Below, in pieces: positions 1 to 11,452 of a DNA stretch of 64,000 nucleotides. A program made the translations under genes and the position numbers. Every line of letters begins with the position of its first letter. Positions within the stretch are counted from its first letter, which is position 1. Source of the stretch: Halioglobus sp. (GTDB taxonomy: Bacteria; Pseudomonadota; Gammaproteobacteria; Pseudomonadales; Halieaceae). The stretch is from the NCBI GenBank assembly GCA_037969215.1, contig JBBKWY010000036.1, positions 16,065-80,064 of the forward strand, given 5' to 3'. Below the pieces are notes generated by a model. That model searched no databases, was not told the DNA's origin, and worked only from the letters and a program-made list of their open reading frames with translations.

Positions 1-203
<203 letters not shown>

Positions 204-204
<1 letters not shown>

Positions 205-773
205 TGGCACAGATCAACCTACTACCGTGGCGAGAGGAGCGTCGTCAGGAGCTTAAGAAGGAGTTCCTGACTACCGTCGCTCTGGTATTGGCGCTGGCTG
301 CAGGCCTGGTGTTGCTGGCGGACCGGGTCGTCAACAACCAGATTGACAACCAGGTCGCGCGCAATCAGTACCTCACCGAAAATATCAAGGAACTCGACAA
401 ACAGGTTGCTGAAATTCGCGATCTGCAAAAGCGCCGCAACCAACTGTTGGATCGGATGCGTGTTATTCAAGAGTTACAGGGCAACCGACCAATTATTGTG
501 CGGGTGCTGGATCAGCTGGTTCGGACCGTGCCCGACGGGGTGTTTTACTCGAAGCTTACTACCAAGGGTAAAAAGATCAGTATTAGTGGCATCGCTGAAT
601 CAAACAATCGCGTATCGAGTTTGATGCGGCGTTTGGAAGCATCGGCTTGGCTCGCGAATCCGACGCTGGACAAAGTGCATGAAGCTCGTGAGTTTGGCGA
701 GCAGGCCAATAGATTCGAATTGAGCGTTACCGTGCAGGCTCCGGCCATTGAAGACGAGTCGGGAGAAGGATGA
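204..773 (+). CDS. pilN: Type IV pilus inner-membrane alignment protein PilN
   Basis: 189 aa with an N-terminal TM helix (LTTVALVLALAAGLVLLA) followed by a coiled region. Sits in the conserved position between pilM and pilO. Confidence 0.9.
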
Positions 774-776
774 CCA

Positions 777-1391
777 ATGGCATTTGAAGATATCATGCGC
801 CAATTGCGCGAATTCGATGTAAACGATCTGGATTTCGATAACGTCGGCTCGTGGCCTATTGCTGTCAAGAGTCTGGTTTGGGCGGTGCTGGTGATTGCAG
901 TTTTGATCGTTGGTTACTACTACCATATCGAGGATCTGCAATTAGAATTGGCAAATGCCGAGGCGCAAGAGGTAAAACTAAAAAAAGATTTTGAGGCCAA
1001 GGCGTTTCAGGCGGCGAATCTGGAGGCATATCGCCAGCAGATGATAGAAATGGAGGAGTCATTTGGTGCGCTCGTCAGCCAGCTGCCAAGCGATACTGAA
1101 GTGCCCGGCTTGCTGGAAGACATTACCAATAAAGGACTGCTAAACGGTCTCGATATCGCCAGTATTGATTTGCAGAAGGAGACCGCCAAGGAGTTCTATG
1201 TCGAGCTGCCAATTGCGATCAATGCCTCGGGCTCCTATCACGATCTGGGTGCTTTTATCAGCGGGATGGCTGGTCTGCCCCGAATTGTTACGCTACACGA
1301 TTTCCAGATCACCACGGACAAAAAGAACGCAAACAAACTTGATATGAAAATCATTGCCAAGACATATCGATACAAGGACGGGGATACCTAG
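777..1391 (+). CDS. pilO: Type IV pilus inner-membrane alignment protein PilO
   Basis: 204 aa with one TM helix and a coiled coil. Conserved pilMNOPQ order. 3-nt gap to pilN. Confidence 0.9.
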   Translation: MAFEDIMRQLREFDVNDLDFDNVGSWPIAVKSLVWAVLVIAVLIVGYYYHIEDLQLELANAEAQEVKLKKDFEAKAFQAANLEAYRQQMIEMEESFGALVSQLPSDTEVPGLLEDITNKGLLNGLDIASIDLQKETAKEFYVELPIAINASGSYHDLGAFISGMAGLPRIVTLHDFQITTDKKNANKLDMKIIAKTYRYKDGDT

Positions 1392-1393
1392 CG

Positions 1394-1927
1394 ATGAGAC
1401 TCTCGCCACCTACCCTGTTATTGTTGTGTTTAGCGGGAGTTGTTCTCGCCGGCTGTTCCGGGAGCAATCTTTCCGATCTGGACGATTATATGGCGGAAAA
1501 GCGCACCCGCCCGGGCGGCATTATTGCCCCGATACCCACATTCAAGGCGTATGAGGCGTTTGCCTACAGCGCTACCACTTTGCGTAGCCCGTTTGATAGG
1601 CCCATCGAAGTTCGGGAAATTTCTCAGCTGCAAGCAATCGCAGCCATCAAACCGGATGACAACCGCGCCAAGGAGTTCCTGGAGCAGTACACCTTCGACT
1701 CCCTGCTTATGGTTGGCACTTTGGAGCGTGACGACACCCATTGGACATTGATAAAAGATCCGGACGGTGGTGTGCACAGGGTCAAAACGGGGAATTTTCT
1801 GGGTCGTCACCACGGTAAAATCGTGGATATGTCCGATACCTATCTTTCGGTAGTAGAAATAGTGAGCGACGGGACATCCGACGGTTGGGTCGAACGGCCG
1901 CGCACAATCAAATTAAGCGGTTTATAA
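1394..1927 (+). CDS. pilP: Type IV pilus pilot lipoprotein PilP
   Basis: 177 aa with a signal peptide and lipobox (VLAGC). Lies directly upstream of the secretin gene. Confidence 0.85.
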   Translation: MRLSPPTLLLLCLAGVVLAGCSGSNLSDLDDYMAEKRTRPGGIIAPIPTFKAYEAFAYSATTLRSPFDRPIEVREISQLQAIAAIKPDDNRAKEFLEQYTFDSLLMVGTLERDDTHWTLIKDPDGGVHRVKTGNFLGRHHGKIVDMSDTYLSVVEIVSDGTSDGWVERPRTIKLSGL

Positions 1928-1984
1928 GCCGAGGTCATGGCACAAAGCCGTGGCGAATAAAAAACAAAATGTGGGGAAAAGGCC

Positions 1985-4096
1985 GTGGGGAATGGTAAAG
2001 AGAGCTTGGGAATGAGGTTGCGTAACGCGGTCGTTATGCTGGCGATGAGCTTTGTAACCGGCGCGGCGCTGGGCGCTCCAGCAGTTCAGGATATCGAATT
2101 CAGCTCCAGGCCCGGGAGTAAGTTTGAAGTGCGGGTGGAGTTCAACGAGCCACCACCGGATTTCAAAACCTACGCCATCGAAAAACCTGCCCGTATTGCC
2201 GTCGACTTTCCAGGGACGACCAGTGCGCTTGAGCAAAAGCGCTATTCGCTACCCTACGGCAACGCCACCAAGGCCGTGGTACTGGAGTCGGGCGATCGCA
2301 CACGGTTGGTCGTCGAACTGATTAAGTTGGTGCCCTACGAAACACGCGTGGAAGGTAACAACCTGTTCCTGTTGGTTGGCCAGGAGGGGAATGACTACGT
2401 CAAGCAGGGTGCTGAACCGCTGCAAGTGCAGACTACCGTGGCCGAAGTAACCGATGTGGCCTCGGAGATCACCGATCTTCAGTTCCAGCGTACGGGCGCT
2501 GGCGAAGGTAAATTGACGCTGCATCTTACTGACCCTTCCGTGGATGTGAATGTCTTTAGTGAAGGTGGCGACGTGAAAGTGGAGTTTATTGATACCACTG
2601 TGTCAGACCGCCTGATGCGTCGCTACGATGTGACTGACTTTGCCACGCCAGTGAACAGTGTGGCCGTGAATACGACTGAGCGCGGTGCGGTTCTGCAGTT
2701 AAAAACGACAGGCGATTTTGATTACCTCGCCTACCAGACAGATAACGAATACGTCATCAGCGTTAAGCCGCTCACCGCGAAAGAAGTGGAGCGCCGTAAA
2801 AACGAATTTAGCTATGTGGGTGACAGGATATCGCTGAACTTCCAGGATATCGAAGTGCGTGCGGTACTGCAGCTCATCGCTGATTTCACCGAGTTGAATC
2901 TGGTGGCGAGCGATACGGTGTCAGGGCGTATTACCCTGCGCCTGCAGAATGTGCCCTGGGATCAGGCGCTGGAACTGGTGTTGAAAACCAAGGGCCTGGA
3001 CAAGCGCCAGATTGGCAATGTCTTGATGGTTGCGCCAGCGGCGGAAATCGCCGAGCGTGAACGCCAACAAATTGAGGCCAACAAGCAAATTGCGGAACTG
3101 GCGCCTCTGGTGTCGGAGTTTGTCCGCATCCGCTACGCTAATGCCGAAGATGTTGTGGGGCTGTTCCAGGCGGGCTCCGAGGATGGGGGCAGCTTGACGT
3201 CTCCCAGAGGCTCGGTGGTTGTTGACGCCCGCACCAATTCGCTGATTATTACAGATACCGCGACCAAACTGGCTGAAATCCGCGATCTTCTCGAGCTGGT
3301 TGATATTCCGGTACGCCAGGTGATGATTGAAGCGCGCATTGTAATCGCGCAATCAGACGCGGCGAAAAACCTCGGTATTGAATGGGGTGGCGCGTATGTG
3401 AACAAAGGCAACGATCTTGTCACCGTGTCGGGCGATACAGCTAACGTGGTGGATATCAACGAATCCGTAATCAACGGCAACACGCCGACCGTCAGTTACC
3501 CCGGCGCGCTGCTGGTTGATCTGGGCGTCGCGTCCAACAGTGGCTTTGCGATCGGCTTTGCCAGCGGTGATCTGTTTCTCTCCGCTGAGCTATCGGCGCT
3601 GGAATCTGAAGGTGAAGGTGAGGTGGTATCGCAGCCGAAGGTCATAACGGGCGACAAACAGGAGGCGTCTATCAAGTCCGGTACGGAGATTCCCTACCAG
3701 CAATCCTCCGCCAGTGGCGAAACGACGGTGGCGTTCAAGGACGCGGTGTTAGCGCTATTTGTGACACCTAACATCACGCCTGATGACCGCATCATGCTGG
3801 ATCTCAAGGTCAATCAGGATTCAGTCGGTGAGTTGGTCCCGAGCGGGAGTGGTGGTTTTATTCCCTCGATTGATACCACGCAGCTTGAGACTCAGGTGCT
3901 GGTGGGCAATGGCGAAACCGTTGTCCTGGGCGGCGTGTTCAAAACCGAGGATATCCAGTCGGTGAACAAGGTGCCGTTCTTCGGTGATATCCCGTATGTC
4001 GGGGCCTTTTTCAGGAGCGAGTCGAACACCCACAAGAAGACCGAGACCCTGATCTTTATTACACCGCGCATCCTAGCTGATCAGCTCCTTGATTAG
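1985..4096 (+). CDS. pilQ: Type IV pilus secretin PilQ
   Basis: 703 aa. Two AMIN-like N-terminal modules, then a secretin C-domain ([15 protein letters not shown]...[14 protein letters not shown]...LIFITPRIL). The track start is GTG at 1985; ATG at 2012 is an alternative. Confidence 0.95.
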   Translation: MGNGKESLGMRLRNAVVMLAMSFVTGAALGAPAVQDIEFSSRPGSKFEVRVEFNEPPPDFKTYAIEKPARIAVDFPGTTSALEQKRYSLPYGNATKAVVLESGDRTRLVVELIKLVPYETRVEGNNLFLLVGQEGNDYVKQGAEPLQVQTTVAEVTDVASEITDLQFQRTGAGEGKLTLHLTDPSVDVNVFSEGGDVKVEFIDTTVSDRLMRRYDVTDFATPVNSVAVNTTERGAVLQLKTTGDFDYLAYQTDNEYVISVKPLTAKEVERRKNEFSYVGDRISLNFQDIEVRAVLQLIADFTELNLVASDTVSGRITLRLQNVPWDQALELVLKTKGLDKRQIGNVLMVAPAAEIAERERQQIEANKQIAELAPLVSEFVRIRYANAEDVVGLFQAGSEDGGSLTSPRGSVVVDARTNSLIITDTATKLAEIRDLLELVDIPVRQVMIEARIVIAQSDAAKNLGIEWGGAYVNKGNDLVTVSGDTANVVDINESVINGNTPTVSYPGALLVDLGVASNSGFAIGFASGDLFLSAELSALESEGEGEVVSQPKVITGDKQEASIKSGTEIPYQQSSASGETTVAFKDAVLALFVTPNITPDDRIMLDLKVNQDSVGELVPSGSGGFIPSIDTTQLETQVLVGNGETVVLGGVFKTEDIQSVNKVPFFGDIPYVGAFFRSESNTHKKTETLIFITPRILADQLLD

Positions 4097-4113
4097 CGCA
4101 AAGTAGAGTTAGC

Positions 4114-4632
4114 ATGGCAGCCTTGCATCGAGTGTTTCTGGTCGGCCCCATGGGGGCCGGCAAGACAACCATTGGAAAATACCTCGCCCAGCACCTGAAG
4201 CTGCGTTTCGCGGATACCGATACGGAGATTGAGGTGCGAACGGGCGCTGATATCCCGTGGATTTTTGACGTCGAAGGCGAGGAGGGTTTCCGCGATCGTG
4301 AACAGCTTGTCGTCGCGGAGATGACGGAGTGGGACGATGTGGTGCTGGCGACCGGTGGTGGTGTTGTGTTGCGCCCTGAAAATCGCAGTGCGCTGGCCGG
4401 GCGGGGTTTTGTTGTCTATCTTTACGCGACAGTAGAAGAGCAGGTGCGACGCACCCGCCGCGACCGCCGCAGACCGCTGTTACAAAAAGGCGACCCGGAG
4501 AAAATACTGCGTGCCCTGATGGTGGAGCGCGATCCGCTCTACCGGGAGATCGCGGATCATATCATCGAGACGGACGCCTGCAGCCCGCGCATGGTAGCGC
4601 AGCGTCTGGTAGAGGAACTTACCGCCCTGTAA
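4114..4632 (+). CDS. aroK: Shikimate kinase
   Basis: 172 aa with Walker A motif GPMGAGKTT. Conserved pilQ-aroK-aroB synteny. Confidence 0.95.
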   Translation: MAALHRVFLVGPMGAGKTTIGKYLAQHLKLRFADTDTEIEVRTGADIPWIFDVEGEEGFRDREQLVVAEMTEWDDVVLATGGGVVLRPENRSALAGRGFVVYLYATVEEQVRRTRRDRRRPLLQKGDPEKILRALMVERDPLYREIADHIIETDACSPRMVAQRLVEELTAL

Positions 4633-4703
4633 GGCTGTGGTAAAGACAGTGCCTCCCTCGAAGCGTTAGAATAGCCCCCTCAAAAACAGTCCGAGGAAAT
4701 TCT

Positions 4704-5795
4704 GTGTCTCTGTTAATGCATACCCTGCACGTGGAATTGGGTGAGCGCACATATCCCGTTTATATCGGTCGTGATCTGCTGGCCGACAGCAACCTGCTGG
4801 CACAGCATATTGCCGGATCCCAAGTGGTTCTTGTCAGTAATGAAGTGGTAGCGCCGCTTTATGTAGAACGGGTCAGAGCTGCATTGGGCGCACGCCAGTT
4901 GATTACAGAAATCGTGCTGCCCGATGGTGAGCAATTCAAATCTCTGGATACTCTCGCTGTCATTTTTGATCGCGTGATGGCGGATAATCACAGCCGCAAC
5001 ACTACATTTGTCGCCGTTGGTGGTGGGGTGGTAGGTGATATCACCGGGTTTGCAGCGGCGTGCTATCAACGCGGCGTCAATTTTATTCAGGTGCCTACGA
5101 CACTGCTGGCGCAGGTGGATTCTTCAGTGGGCGGTAAAACTGCTGTTAACCATCCGCAGGGCAAGAACATGATAGGCGCCTTCTACCAGCCGCAGGCAGT
5201 CCTTATCGATATCAATACCCTGCAAACCCTGCCGGATCGCGAGTTCAGCGCAGGTCTTGCGGAAGTCGTGAAGTACGGGCTCATCAGTGATGAGCCGTTC
5301 TACCGCTGGCTGCAGGAGCACATGCCGCGTTTGCTGGCCCGCGAGGAGGCCGCACTGGCCGAGGCCATTGAGCGCAGTTGTGCCACCAAGGCGCAGATCG
5401 TTTCTGCGGATGAGCGCGAGGGGGGTATCCGCGCCATCCTGAATCTGGGCCACACCTTTGGCCACGCCATTGAAACAGGCCAGGGCTACGGGCAGTGGTT
5501 GCACGGTGAGGCCGTGGCCACAGGCATGTTGTTGGCACTTGAGCTGTCGGCTCGCCGCGGCTGGGTGGCGCTCTCGGAAGTGGATGACTTCCGTACACTG
5601 TTACTCGGGATGCATCTGCCCGTCTGCCAGCCCAAGGACATGGATGCCGAAACCTTTCTCAAGCTGATGGCGCATGACAAGAAGGTTATTGACGGAAAAC
5701 TGCGCCTGATTCTGCTCAGGGACATTGGTTCGGCCTGTATTGTCGATGATGTGACTGAGTCAGAATTACGTGACCTTCTGGATAGCACTCACTAG
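4704..5795 (+). CDS. aroB: 3-dehydroquinate synthase
   Basis: 363 aa with GGGVVGDITGFAAA and HTFGHAIE motifs. GTG start with GAGGA 6 nt upstream. Confidence 0.95.
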   Translation: MSLLMHTLHVELGERTYPVYIGRDLLADSNLLAQHIAGSQVVLVSNEVVAPLYVERVRAALGARQLITEIVLPDGEQFKSLDTLAVIFDRVMADNHSRNTTFVAVGGGVVGDITGFAAACYQRGVNFIQVPTTLLAQVDSSVGGKTAVNHPQGKNMIGAFYQPQAVLIDINTLQTLPDREFSAGLAEVVKYGLISDEPFYRWLQEHMPRLLAREEAALAEAIERSCATKAQIVSADEREGGIRAILNLGHTFGHAIETGQGYGQWLHGEAVATGMLLALELSARRGWVALSEVDDFRTLLLGMHLPVCQPKDMDAETFLKLMAHDKKVIDGKLRLILLRDIGSACIVDDVTESELRDLLDSTH

Positions 5796-5888
5796 CGCGG
5801 GATAGTTTCCCGATACTCTTAGCCCAAAATCTCCCGCCGCTGGTGTATGCTTGCCCGTCTTTATTTTCTGAAGCTCCGGATTCTGCCA

Positions 5889-6959
5889 ATGACCGAACTG
5901 AAAAATGACCGTTTCCTACGCGCACTCTTGCGTCAGCCCGTTGATCGCACTCCTGTCTGGATGATGCGCCAGGCCGGCCGCTACCTGCCGGAATACCGTG
6001 CTACCCGTGAGCAGGCGGGCTCATTCCTGGATTTGTGCAAGAACGCGGAGTTGGCCTGCGAGGTGACGATGCAACCGCTGCGACGTTATCCTATGGATGC
6101 GGCCATTCTGTTTTCCGACATTCTGACGGTGCCCGATGCACTGGGTCTCGGCTTGTATTTTGAAGAGGGTGAAGGCCCGCGTTTTCGCAAAACCGTGCGC
6201 AGTGAGGCGGATCTTGCGGGCTTGAATACCATCAAGGCCGATGATGATCTGGCCTATGTAATGCGGGCTGTCAGCACCATCCGCAGCGAGCTGAATGGGG
6301 CTGTTCCCCTGATCGGATTCTCCGGCAGTCCCTGGACACTGGCGACCTATATGGTGGAGGGCGGTTCCTCGAAGGATTTTGCCCACATCAAGACCATGGC
6401 CTATGACAAGCCGACGTTGATGCACGACGTGTTGACGCTACTGGCCGATGCTGTGGCGGATTACCTCACTGCCCAGGTGCACGCCGGCGCCCAGGCCCTG
6501 CAAATTTTTGATACCTGGGGCGGTAGCCTCAGTGCGGCTGGCTACCAGGAGTTTTCGCTGAAGTACATACAGCGGGTCATTGCCCGCCTGCCCCGTGAAG
6601 CCGACGGACGACAGGTGCCGGTGATTGTCTTTACCAAAGGTGGTGGTCAGTGGCTGGATAGCATCGCTGACTGCGGGGCACAGGCTGTGGGACTTGACTG
6701 GACGACGGATATCACACGTGCGCGCGCGCAGGTTGGCGATCGCGTAGCTCTGCAGGGTAATATGGATCCGAGCATGTTGTTCGCGTCTCCGCAGCGTATA
6801 CGCAGTGAAGTCGACACGATACTAGCGGGCTACGGGCACGGCACTGGCCATATCTTCAACCTGGGGCACGGTATCACGCCGGGCGTGAACCCGGATCGTG
6901 TGACGGCCTTCGTGGACGCGGTGCAGGAGTTGTCGCCCCAGTACCACACAGCGGACTGA
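5889..6959 (+). CDS. hemE: Uroporphyrinogen decarboxylase
   Basis: [15 protein letters not shown] signature. I prefer the ATG at 5889 ([10 protein letters not shown]) over the track start at 5847. Confidence 0.93.
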   Translation: MTELKNDRFLRALLRQPVDRTPVWMMRQAGRYLPEYRATREQAGSFLDLCKNAELACEVTMQPLRRYPMDAAILFSDILTVPDALGLGLYFEEGEGPRFRKTVRSEADLAGLNTIKADDDLAYVMRAVSTIRSELNGAVPLIGFSGSPWTLATYMVEGGSSKDFAHIKTMAYDKPTLMHDVLTLLADAVADYLTAQVHAGAQALQIFDTWGGSLSAAGYQEFSLKYIQRVIARLPREADGRQVPVIVFTKGGGQWLDSIADCGAQAVGLDWTTDITRARAQVGDRVALQGNMDPSMLFASPQRIRSEVDTILAGYGHGTGHIFNLGHGITPGVNPDRVTAFVDAVQELSPQYHTAD

Positions 6960-6988
6960 GGCGAAGACGCCTGATAGCAGCGTACCTG

Positions 6989-7810
6989 CTAGGAGGTTCC
7001 CTTCTCTTTTGCGGTCTCTTCGTCGCAGCAAAAATGGTGGTCCATTTCCAGTGCGGGTTGATCCGATGAGGGGTGTCCGACAATTTTAGCCGGCACTCCG
7101 GCTACAGTGGTGTGCGGGGGAACCGATTCCAGCACCACGCTTCCGGCGCCGACTTTGGCGCCTTCACCGACGCAGATATTGCCCAGAATCTTGGCCCCCG
7201 CGCTGATCAGTACACCGTCGCCAATTTTGGGGTGTCGGTCGCCCTCAATCTTGCCGGTCCCTCCCAGTGTGACCGATTGCAAGATCGACACATTGTTCCC
7301 CACCACCGCCGTTTCCCCGATCACCAGGCCGGTGGCATGATCCAGCATGATGCCCTGGCCGAGTCGGGCCGCCGGGTGAATATCGACGCAGAACTCTGTA
7401 GACATGCGATTCTGGAAAAAAAGTGCGAGCGGCTCTCGCCCGTTGGTCCATAGCCAGTGGGCCACGCGGTAGGTTTGCAACGCGTGGAAGCCCTTGAAAT
7501 AAAGAAAGGGAATGTACAGTTCGTTGCAGGCAGAGTCCCTGTCTTCAACCGCCTGGAGATCTGCGCGTACAGCATCGCGAATCGTGGGGGCACAGGTAAA
7601 TGCGTCCAGAATGACTTCTCGTAGCAGTAACGAGGACGCCGTAGGGCTGTCCAATTGGCTGGCCAGGTGAAAGCTAAGGGCCATCTCCAGCTCTGCGTGA
7701 TTCAGGATAGTGGCGTGCAGGAAGCTGGCCAGTATTGGTTCCTCGCTGGCATGCTGGGCGGCTTCCCGGCGAATCCTCTCCCACATGGGATCGGTTGTAA
7801 TCGACGACAT
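6989..7810 (-). CDS. cysE: Serine O-acetyltransferase
   Basis: SATase N-terminal helical domain plus hexapeptide repeats (GTGKIEGDRHPKIGDGVLISAGAKILG). ATG at 7810 (MSSITTDPMW) has a GGGAGA Shine-Dalgarno sequence; the track start at 7825 is 5 codons longer. Confidence 0.9.
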   Translation of the reverse strand: MSSITTDPMWERIRREAAQHASEEPILASFLHATILNHAELEMALSFHLASQLDSPTASSLLLREVILDAFTCAPTIRDAVRADLQAVEDRDSACNELYIPFLYFKGFHALQTYRVAHWLWTNGREPLALFFQNRMSTEFCVDIHPAARLGQGIMLDHATGLVIGETAVVGNNVSILQSVTLGGTGKIEGDRHPKIGDGVLISAGAKILGNICVGEGAKVGAGSVVLESVPPHTTVAGVPAKIVGHPSSDQPALEMDHHFCCDEETAKEKGTS

Positions 7811-7860
7811 AAGTGTATCTCCCATTCAGGCGAGCACTGTAGCGCACTGGGCTTTTCCCG

Positions 7861-8520
7861 TCACGGGATGATCTGTGTTGTGTAGCACCACAGCTCGTGG
7901 CCACTTTGGCGGTATTTTTGTTCAAACAGGCTCAGGTCCGGATCGCTCGAGCCCCGCTTTGCCACTGACCCACGATGTCCCGTCAGGTGCATCGCGACCC
8001 CGAACTCCTCGACATAGAGTTGCCAGTTGGAGCGCAGTTCCAGCGCACCGCCGATCTGTAATAACAGTGGAAAACTGGCATGTCCATGGACGCGGCGTTG
8101 CAGGTGACGCGCTTTGGGCCAGGGGTTGGGGTAGAGAATATAGTGGAAATCCGCCCGCAGGCCATCCCGCACCAGCAGCTGCCAGATGTCTTCGCAGTCG
8201 GCGCGCAGCAGCAGGTAGTTGTCGCTGCCCGGATAGGGATGTTTTGCCAGGCGCTGGGCGGACTTGTCGATGCCTACGATCAAGTGCCCGGGGTGTCGCT
8301 CCGCTAGCGCGGCGGTACTGTGCCCCGTGCCGCAGAACGAGTCCAGCACCAGCGGTCGCGGTTGCGCGCGCAGCTGTGCCCGCAGCGATTCGTACGCTGT
8401 GAGACTATGGGCGGCGACCTCCGCGCGATGCTCTGTGCGCAAGTGGCGTTGAACAATCGCTGCCAATTTTGGGTGCAATTGTTGCTGGTTGCTGGTGACA
8501 GGGGAAGAATTGGCGTGCAA
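7861..8520 (-). CDS. TrmB-family (tRNA guanine-N7-type) SAM-dependent methyltransferase paralogue
   Basis: 219 aa with a SAM-binding motif (LDSFCGTGHS) and the TrmB-type signature YPNPWPKARHLQRR. Lies upstream of cysE on the same strand. Confidence 0.7.
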   Translation of the reverse strand: MHANSSPVTSNQQQLHPKLAAIVQRHLRTEHRAEVAAHSLTAYESLRAQLRAQPRPLVLDSFCGTGHSTAALAERHPGHLIVGIDKSAQRLAKHPYPGSDNYLLLRADCEDIWQLLVRDGLRADFHYILYPNPWPKARHLQRRVHGHASFPLLLQIGGALELRSNWQLYVEEFGVAMHLTGHRGSVAKRGSSDPDLSLFEQKYRQSGHELWCYTTQIIP

Positions 8521-8636
8521 AGGGCGTAAATACCTCTGAATATTGCATGAAAAGGACAGCGGATTTGATGTTAGTCATTGCCGCTGCGATCATAGCGCCC
8601 GATTATAGGCATATCCACCGGGATAAAAGGTTTCCT

Positions 8637-9362
8637 ATGCGCGATGACTTGCGGCCGTACTGGTTAAAAAAGTTCTATTTGAAGTTCAGGTACTGGTATG
8701 CGGAATATTTTCTGCGGCCCGAGTGCGCCTCTCTCGGCCCCTATCACACCATTATGAAGCCCTGGTATGTGAGCCTTTCGGGCAGCAATATCCATATCGG
8801 CCGGAGTTTTACCGCGATCGGTGAACCCGGCAATCGGGTTGAGGTGGGCGTCTGGGGGCGCGGTGTTGGCCAGGGCCGCGTGGTCATCGGCGATTGTTGC
8901 CTGATGAGTCCGGGCTCGAGAATCAGTGCCAGCGATGAAATTATTCTAGGGGACGGCGTGATGCTGGCCAATGGCGCCTATGTTACCGACTCCGACTGGC
9001 ACACCATTTACGATCGGATGTCGCGCAAGGAAACCCCGACCCCGGTACACATTGGCACCAACGTCTGGTTGGGGGACCACTCTACCGTGCTCAAAGGCGT
9101 AACCATAGGCGAGAACAGCGTAGTGGCAGCGCGGGCGGTGGTTACCAAGGACGTACCCGCCAATGTTGTGGTGGCGGGGAACCCGGCGAAGGTGGTGAAG
9201 CAGTTGGATCCGGAGCGCGAGTTTAAAACCCGCATGGAGTATTACTCCGATCCCGCGGGCCTCGACCGGTTTTTTGACGCAGTGGATCGGGATGTGCTGG
9301 CAGGTAATTCGTTTTGGCGATGGCTTTGGTCGGTGATCTATCCCGGTTCAAGGTTGAGCTAA
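8637..9362 (+). CDS. Hexapeptide-repeat (left-handed beta-helix) acyl/acetyltransferase
   Basis: Hexapeptide repeats (IGTNVWLGDHSTVLKGVTIGENSVVAARAVV...AGNPAKVV). ATG at 8637 is preceded by AAAAGG. The track ORF starts 30 codons earlier, at 8547. Confidence 0.75.
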   Translation: MRDDLRPYWLKKFYLKFRYWYAEYFLRPECASLGPYHTIMKPWYVSLSGSNIHIGRSFTAIGEPGNRVEVGVWGRGVGQGRVVIGDCCLMSPGSRISASDEIILGDGVMLANGAYVTDSDWHTIYDRMSRKETPTPVHIGTNVWLGDHSTVLKGVTIGENSVVAARAVVTKDVPANVVVAGNPAKVVKQLDPEREFKTRMEYYSDPAGLDRFFDAVDRDVLAGNSFWRWLWSVIYPGSRLS

Positions 9363-9368
9363 CCCCAC

Positions 9369-10349
9369 CTAAAGCAGGTGAAGCGGCTCTTCCTGCAGCG
9401 CAGACATCTGCTCGCGCAACTCCAGTATATGATCCGCCCAATACCGCTCTGTATTGAACCAGGTGAAGCTGCGCGGAAATGCCGGGTCTTCCCAGCGCTT
9501 CGCCAGCCATGCTGCATACTGGATCAGTCGCATCGTGCGCAGTGATTCGATCCAGCGAATCTGGCGCGGATCGAAATCACAGAACTCCGAGTAGCCCTCC
9601 ACCAGTTCCGACAGCTGCAACTGTCGGTCGTGACGCTCGCCGTTGAGAAACATCCACAAATCCTGTATCGCCGGTGCCGTCACGCAGTCATCAAAATCCA
9701 CAAAATGTGCCGTCTCATCTCGCCACAGAATATTGCCCACGTGGCAGTCGCCGTGAATACGAATCTGATCCTCGGGTTTAACTTCGCTGTAGACCGATTT
9801 TACGATCTCCTCGAGATCGGCCGTCAGCGACTCGTATGCCGGTATCAGTGCTTTGGGAATAAACCCGTCCAGCAGCAGTTCGCGACTCTCCGTCAGCATG
9901 CGCTGTACGGTGATCGATTGCCGCACCTCGAACTTGCCAGCTCGTCCCACTCCGTGAATGCGCCCGAGGGTCCTGCCCAGTACCAACAGGTTGTCGAGAT
10001 TGTCCAGCTCCGGCGGATAGCCGCCGCGGCGTTTGAACAGCGCAAACTGGAAGCCCTCGTAGGTGTGTAAGGTCTGGCCCTGTTCGTTGACCATCGGGGC
10101 AACCACAGAAATTTCGGCGTCTTGCAATTCGAGACTGAAGCGATGTTCCTCCTGAATCTGTTCTTCAGTCCAGCGATCCGGCCGATAGAATTTCGCGATC
10201 AGCGGTGTGCCATCCTCGATGCCCACCTGGTACACCCGGTTTTCGTAGCTATTCAGCGCGAGCAATCGAGCGTCACTGCGATACCCCACGGCTTCCACGG
10301 CATCGATGATCAAATCGGGGTTGAGCCGGTCGTACGGGTGTGTGCTCAT
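9369..10349 (-). CDS. srkA: Stress-response Ser/Thr kinase (YihE/RdoA family)
   Basis: 326 aa, APH-like fold. Catalytic loop HGDCHVGNILW and FVDFDD motif. N-terminus (YDRLNPDLIIDAVEAVGY) is typical of SrkA. Confidence 0.85.
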   Translation of the reverse strand: MSTHPYDRLNPDLIIDAVEAVGYRSDARLLALNSYENRVYQVGIEDGTPLIAKFYRPDRWTEEQIQEEHRFSLELQDAEISVVAPMVNEQGQTLHTYEGFQFALFKRRGGYPPELDNLDNLLVLGRTLGRIHGVGRAGKFEVRQSITVQRMLTESRELLLDGFIPKALIPAYESLTADLEEIVKSVYSEVKPEDQIRIHGDCHVGNILWRDETAHFVDFDDCVTAPAIQDLWMFLNGERHDRQLQLSELVEGYSEFCDFDPRQIRWIESLRTMRLIQYAAWLAKRWEDPAFPRSFTWFNTERYWADHILELREQMSALQEEPLHLL

Positions 10350-11452
10350 GTCTGGTCCGTTGCCTCCATTAATAGTGCGGCGCTTTTGATCTGCGCATAG
10401 ATTGGATCACCAACTTGCAGCTTGAGTTCCACTGCGGACTTGCGCGTGATGCGCGCCAGCAGGAATTGTGAGCCCAGTGACAGGCGCAGTAGCAATCGCG
10501 CGCTGTCCGTATTCTCGATCTCACTGAGGGTGACCGGTAGTATATTTAAAATGCTGCTGTGTTGCGGGCGCTGCCGGCAGACGCTGACGTCACGCGCGGG
10601 GATGCGGATACGGCGCAGTTGGCCGGGTGCATGGGGCAGATGATTCACGAACAGAGCGTGGCCGTCTACCGCCAGCTCAGTGAGGCCGAAGGCGGCATCA
10701 TGCTGCGTAACGCTCGCGGATAGAATAGCCGCCGCCTGCTCCTCGTGTGACAGTCGCGTATCGAGCCGGCTGCACAATTCCAGTAACGACCCCTGTTCCG
10801 CCATGCGACCCCGATCCAGCAGCAGCAGGTGATCTGCCAGCTGGCTCACTTCTTCAATATCGTGACTGACATATAGCATCGGCAGTTGCAGTTCGTCAGA
10901 GAGACGCTGCAGGCAGCGCAGACACTGTTGGCGGGCAGCGTGATCCAGGTTGGCCAGTGGCTCATCCAGCAGGAGTAATTTTGGCGAGGATAACAGTGCG
11001 CGCCCGATCGCCACGCGTTGTTTTTGGCCGGCGGATAGCGTGTCGGTGGCATGTGATAACAGCTCGCCCAGTTCCAGCCATGTGACGACCTGATCGAGGC
11101 TAATACTGTCGGTCCGAACGCGCCGCGCCAGCGCATAGTTCAAGTTTTGCCGCACATTGAGATGAGGAAACAGGCGGGCGTCCTGAAAGACATAACCGAT
11201 GTGCCGTTTCCAGGCGGGTACAGTGATTCCGGGGCCCTGCCAGGTCTCGCCATCCAGACGTATCACGCTATCGGCACACGGTTCGCGCAGCCCCGCGATG
11301 CAGTCCAGCAGTGTGCTTTTGCCACTGCCGCTGGGGCCGTAAACAGCGGTGATGCCGCTGGCGGGGAGCGTGCAATCGAGCTGCAGTTCGAAGCCGCTTT
11401 GGCCCTGACACGTGAGTTTCAGGCTGAGACCGCTCACGTACGCATCCGCCAT
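10346..11452 (-). CDS. modC: Molybdate ABC transporter ATP-binding protein
   Basis: Walker A GPSGSGKST, signature LSAGQKQRV, Walker B LLLLDEP, plus a C-terminal molybdate-binding (TOBE-like) tail. 4-nt overlap with srkA. Confidence 0.9.
   Translation of the reverse strand: MADAYVSGLSLKLTCQGQSGFELQLDCTLPASGITAVYGPSGSGKSTLLDCIAGLREPCADSVIRLDGETWQGPGITVPAWKRHIGYVFQDARLFPHLNVRQNLNYALARRVRTDSISLDQVVTWLELGELLSHATDTLSAGQKQRVAIGRALLSSPKLLLLDEPLANLDHAARQQCLRCLQRLSDELQLPMLYVSHDIEEVSQLADHLLLLDRGRMAEQGSLLELCSRLDTRLSHEEQAAAILSASVTQHDAAFGLTELAVDGHALFVNHLPHAPGQLRRIRIPARDVSVCRQRPQHSSILNILPVTLSEIENTDSARLLLRLSLGSQFLLARITRKSAVELKLQVGDPIYAQIKSAALLMEATDQT

Noticed and set aside
6959-6991. Two short hairpins between convergent hemE and cysE (AGGCG-AAGA-CGCCT and TAGCAG-CGTAC-CTGCTA)
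   Set aside because: The stems are only 5-6 bp with no U-tracts, and the second overlaps the cysE stop. This is too weak to call as terminators.
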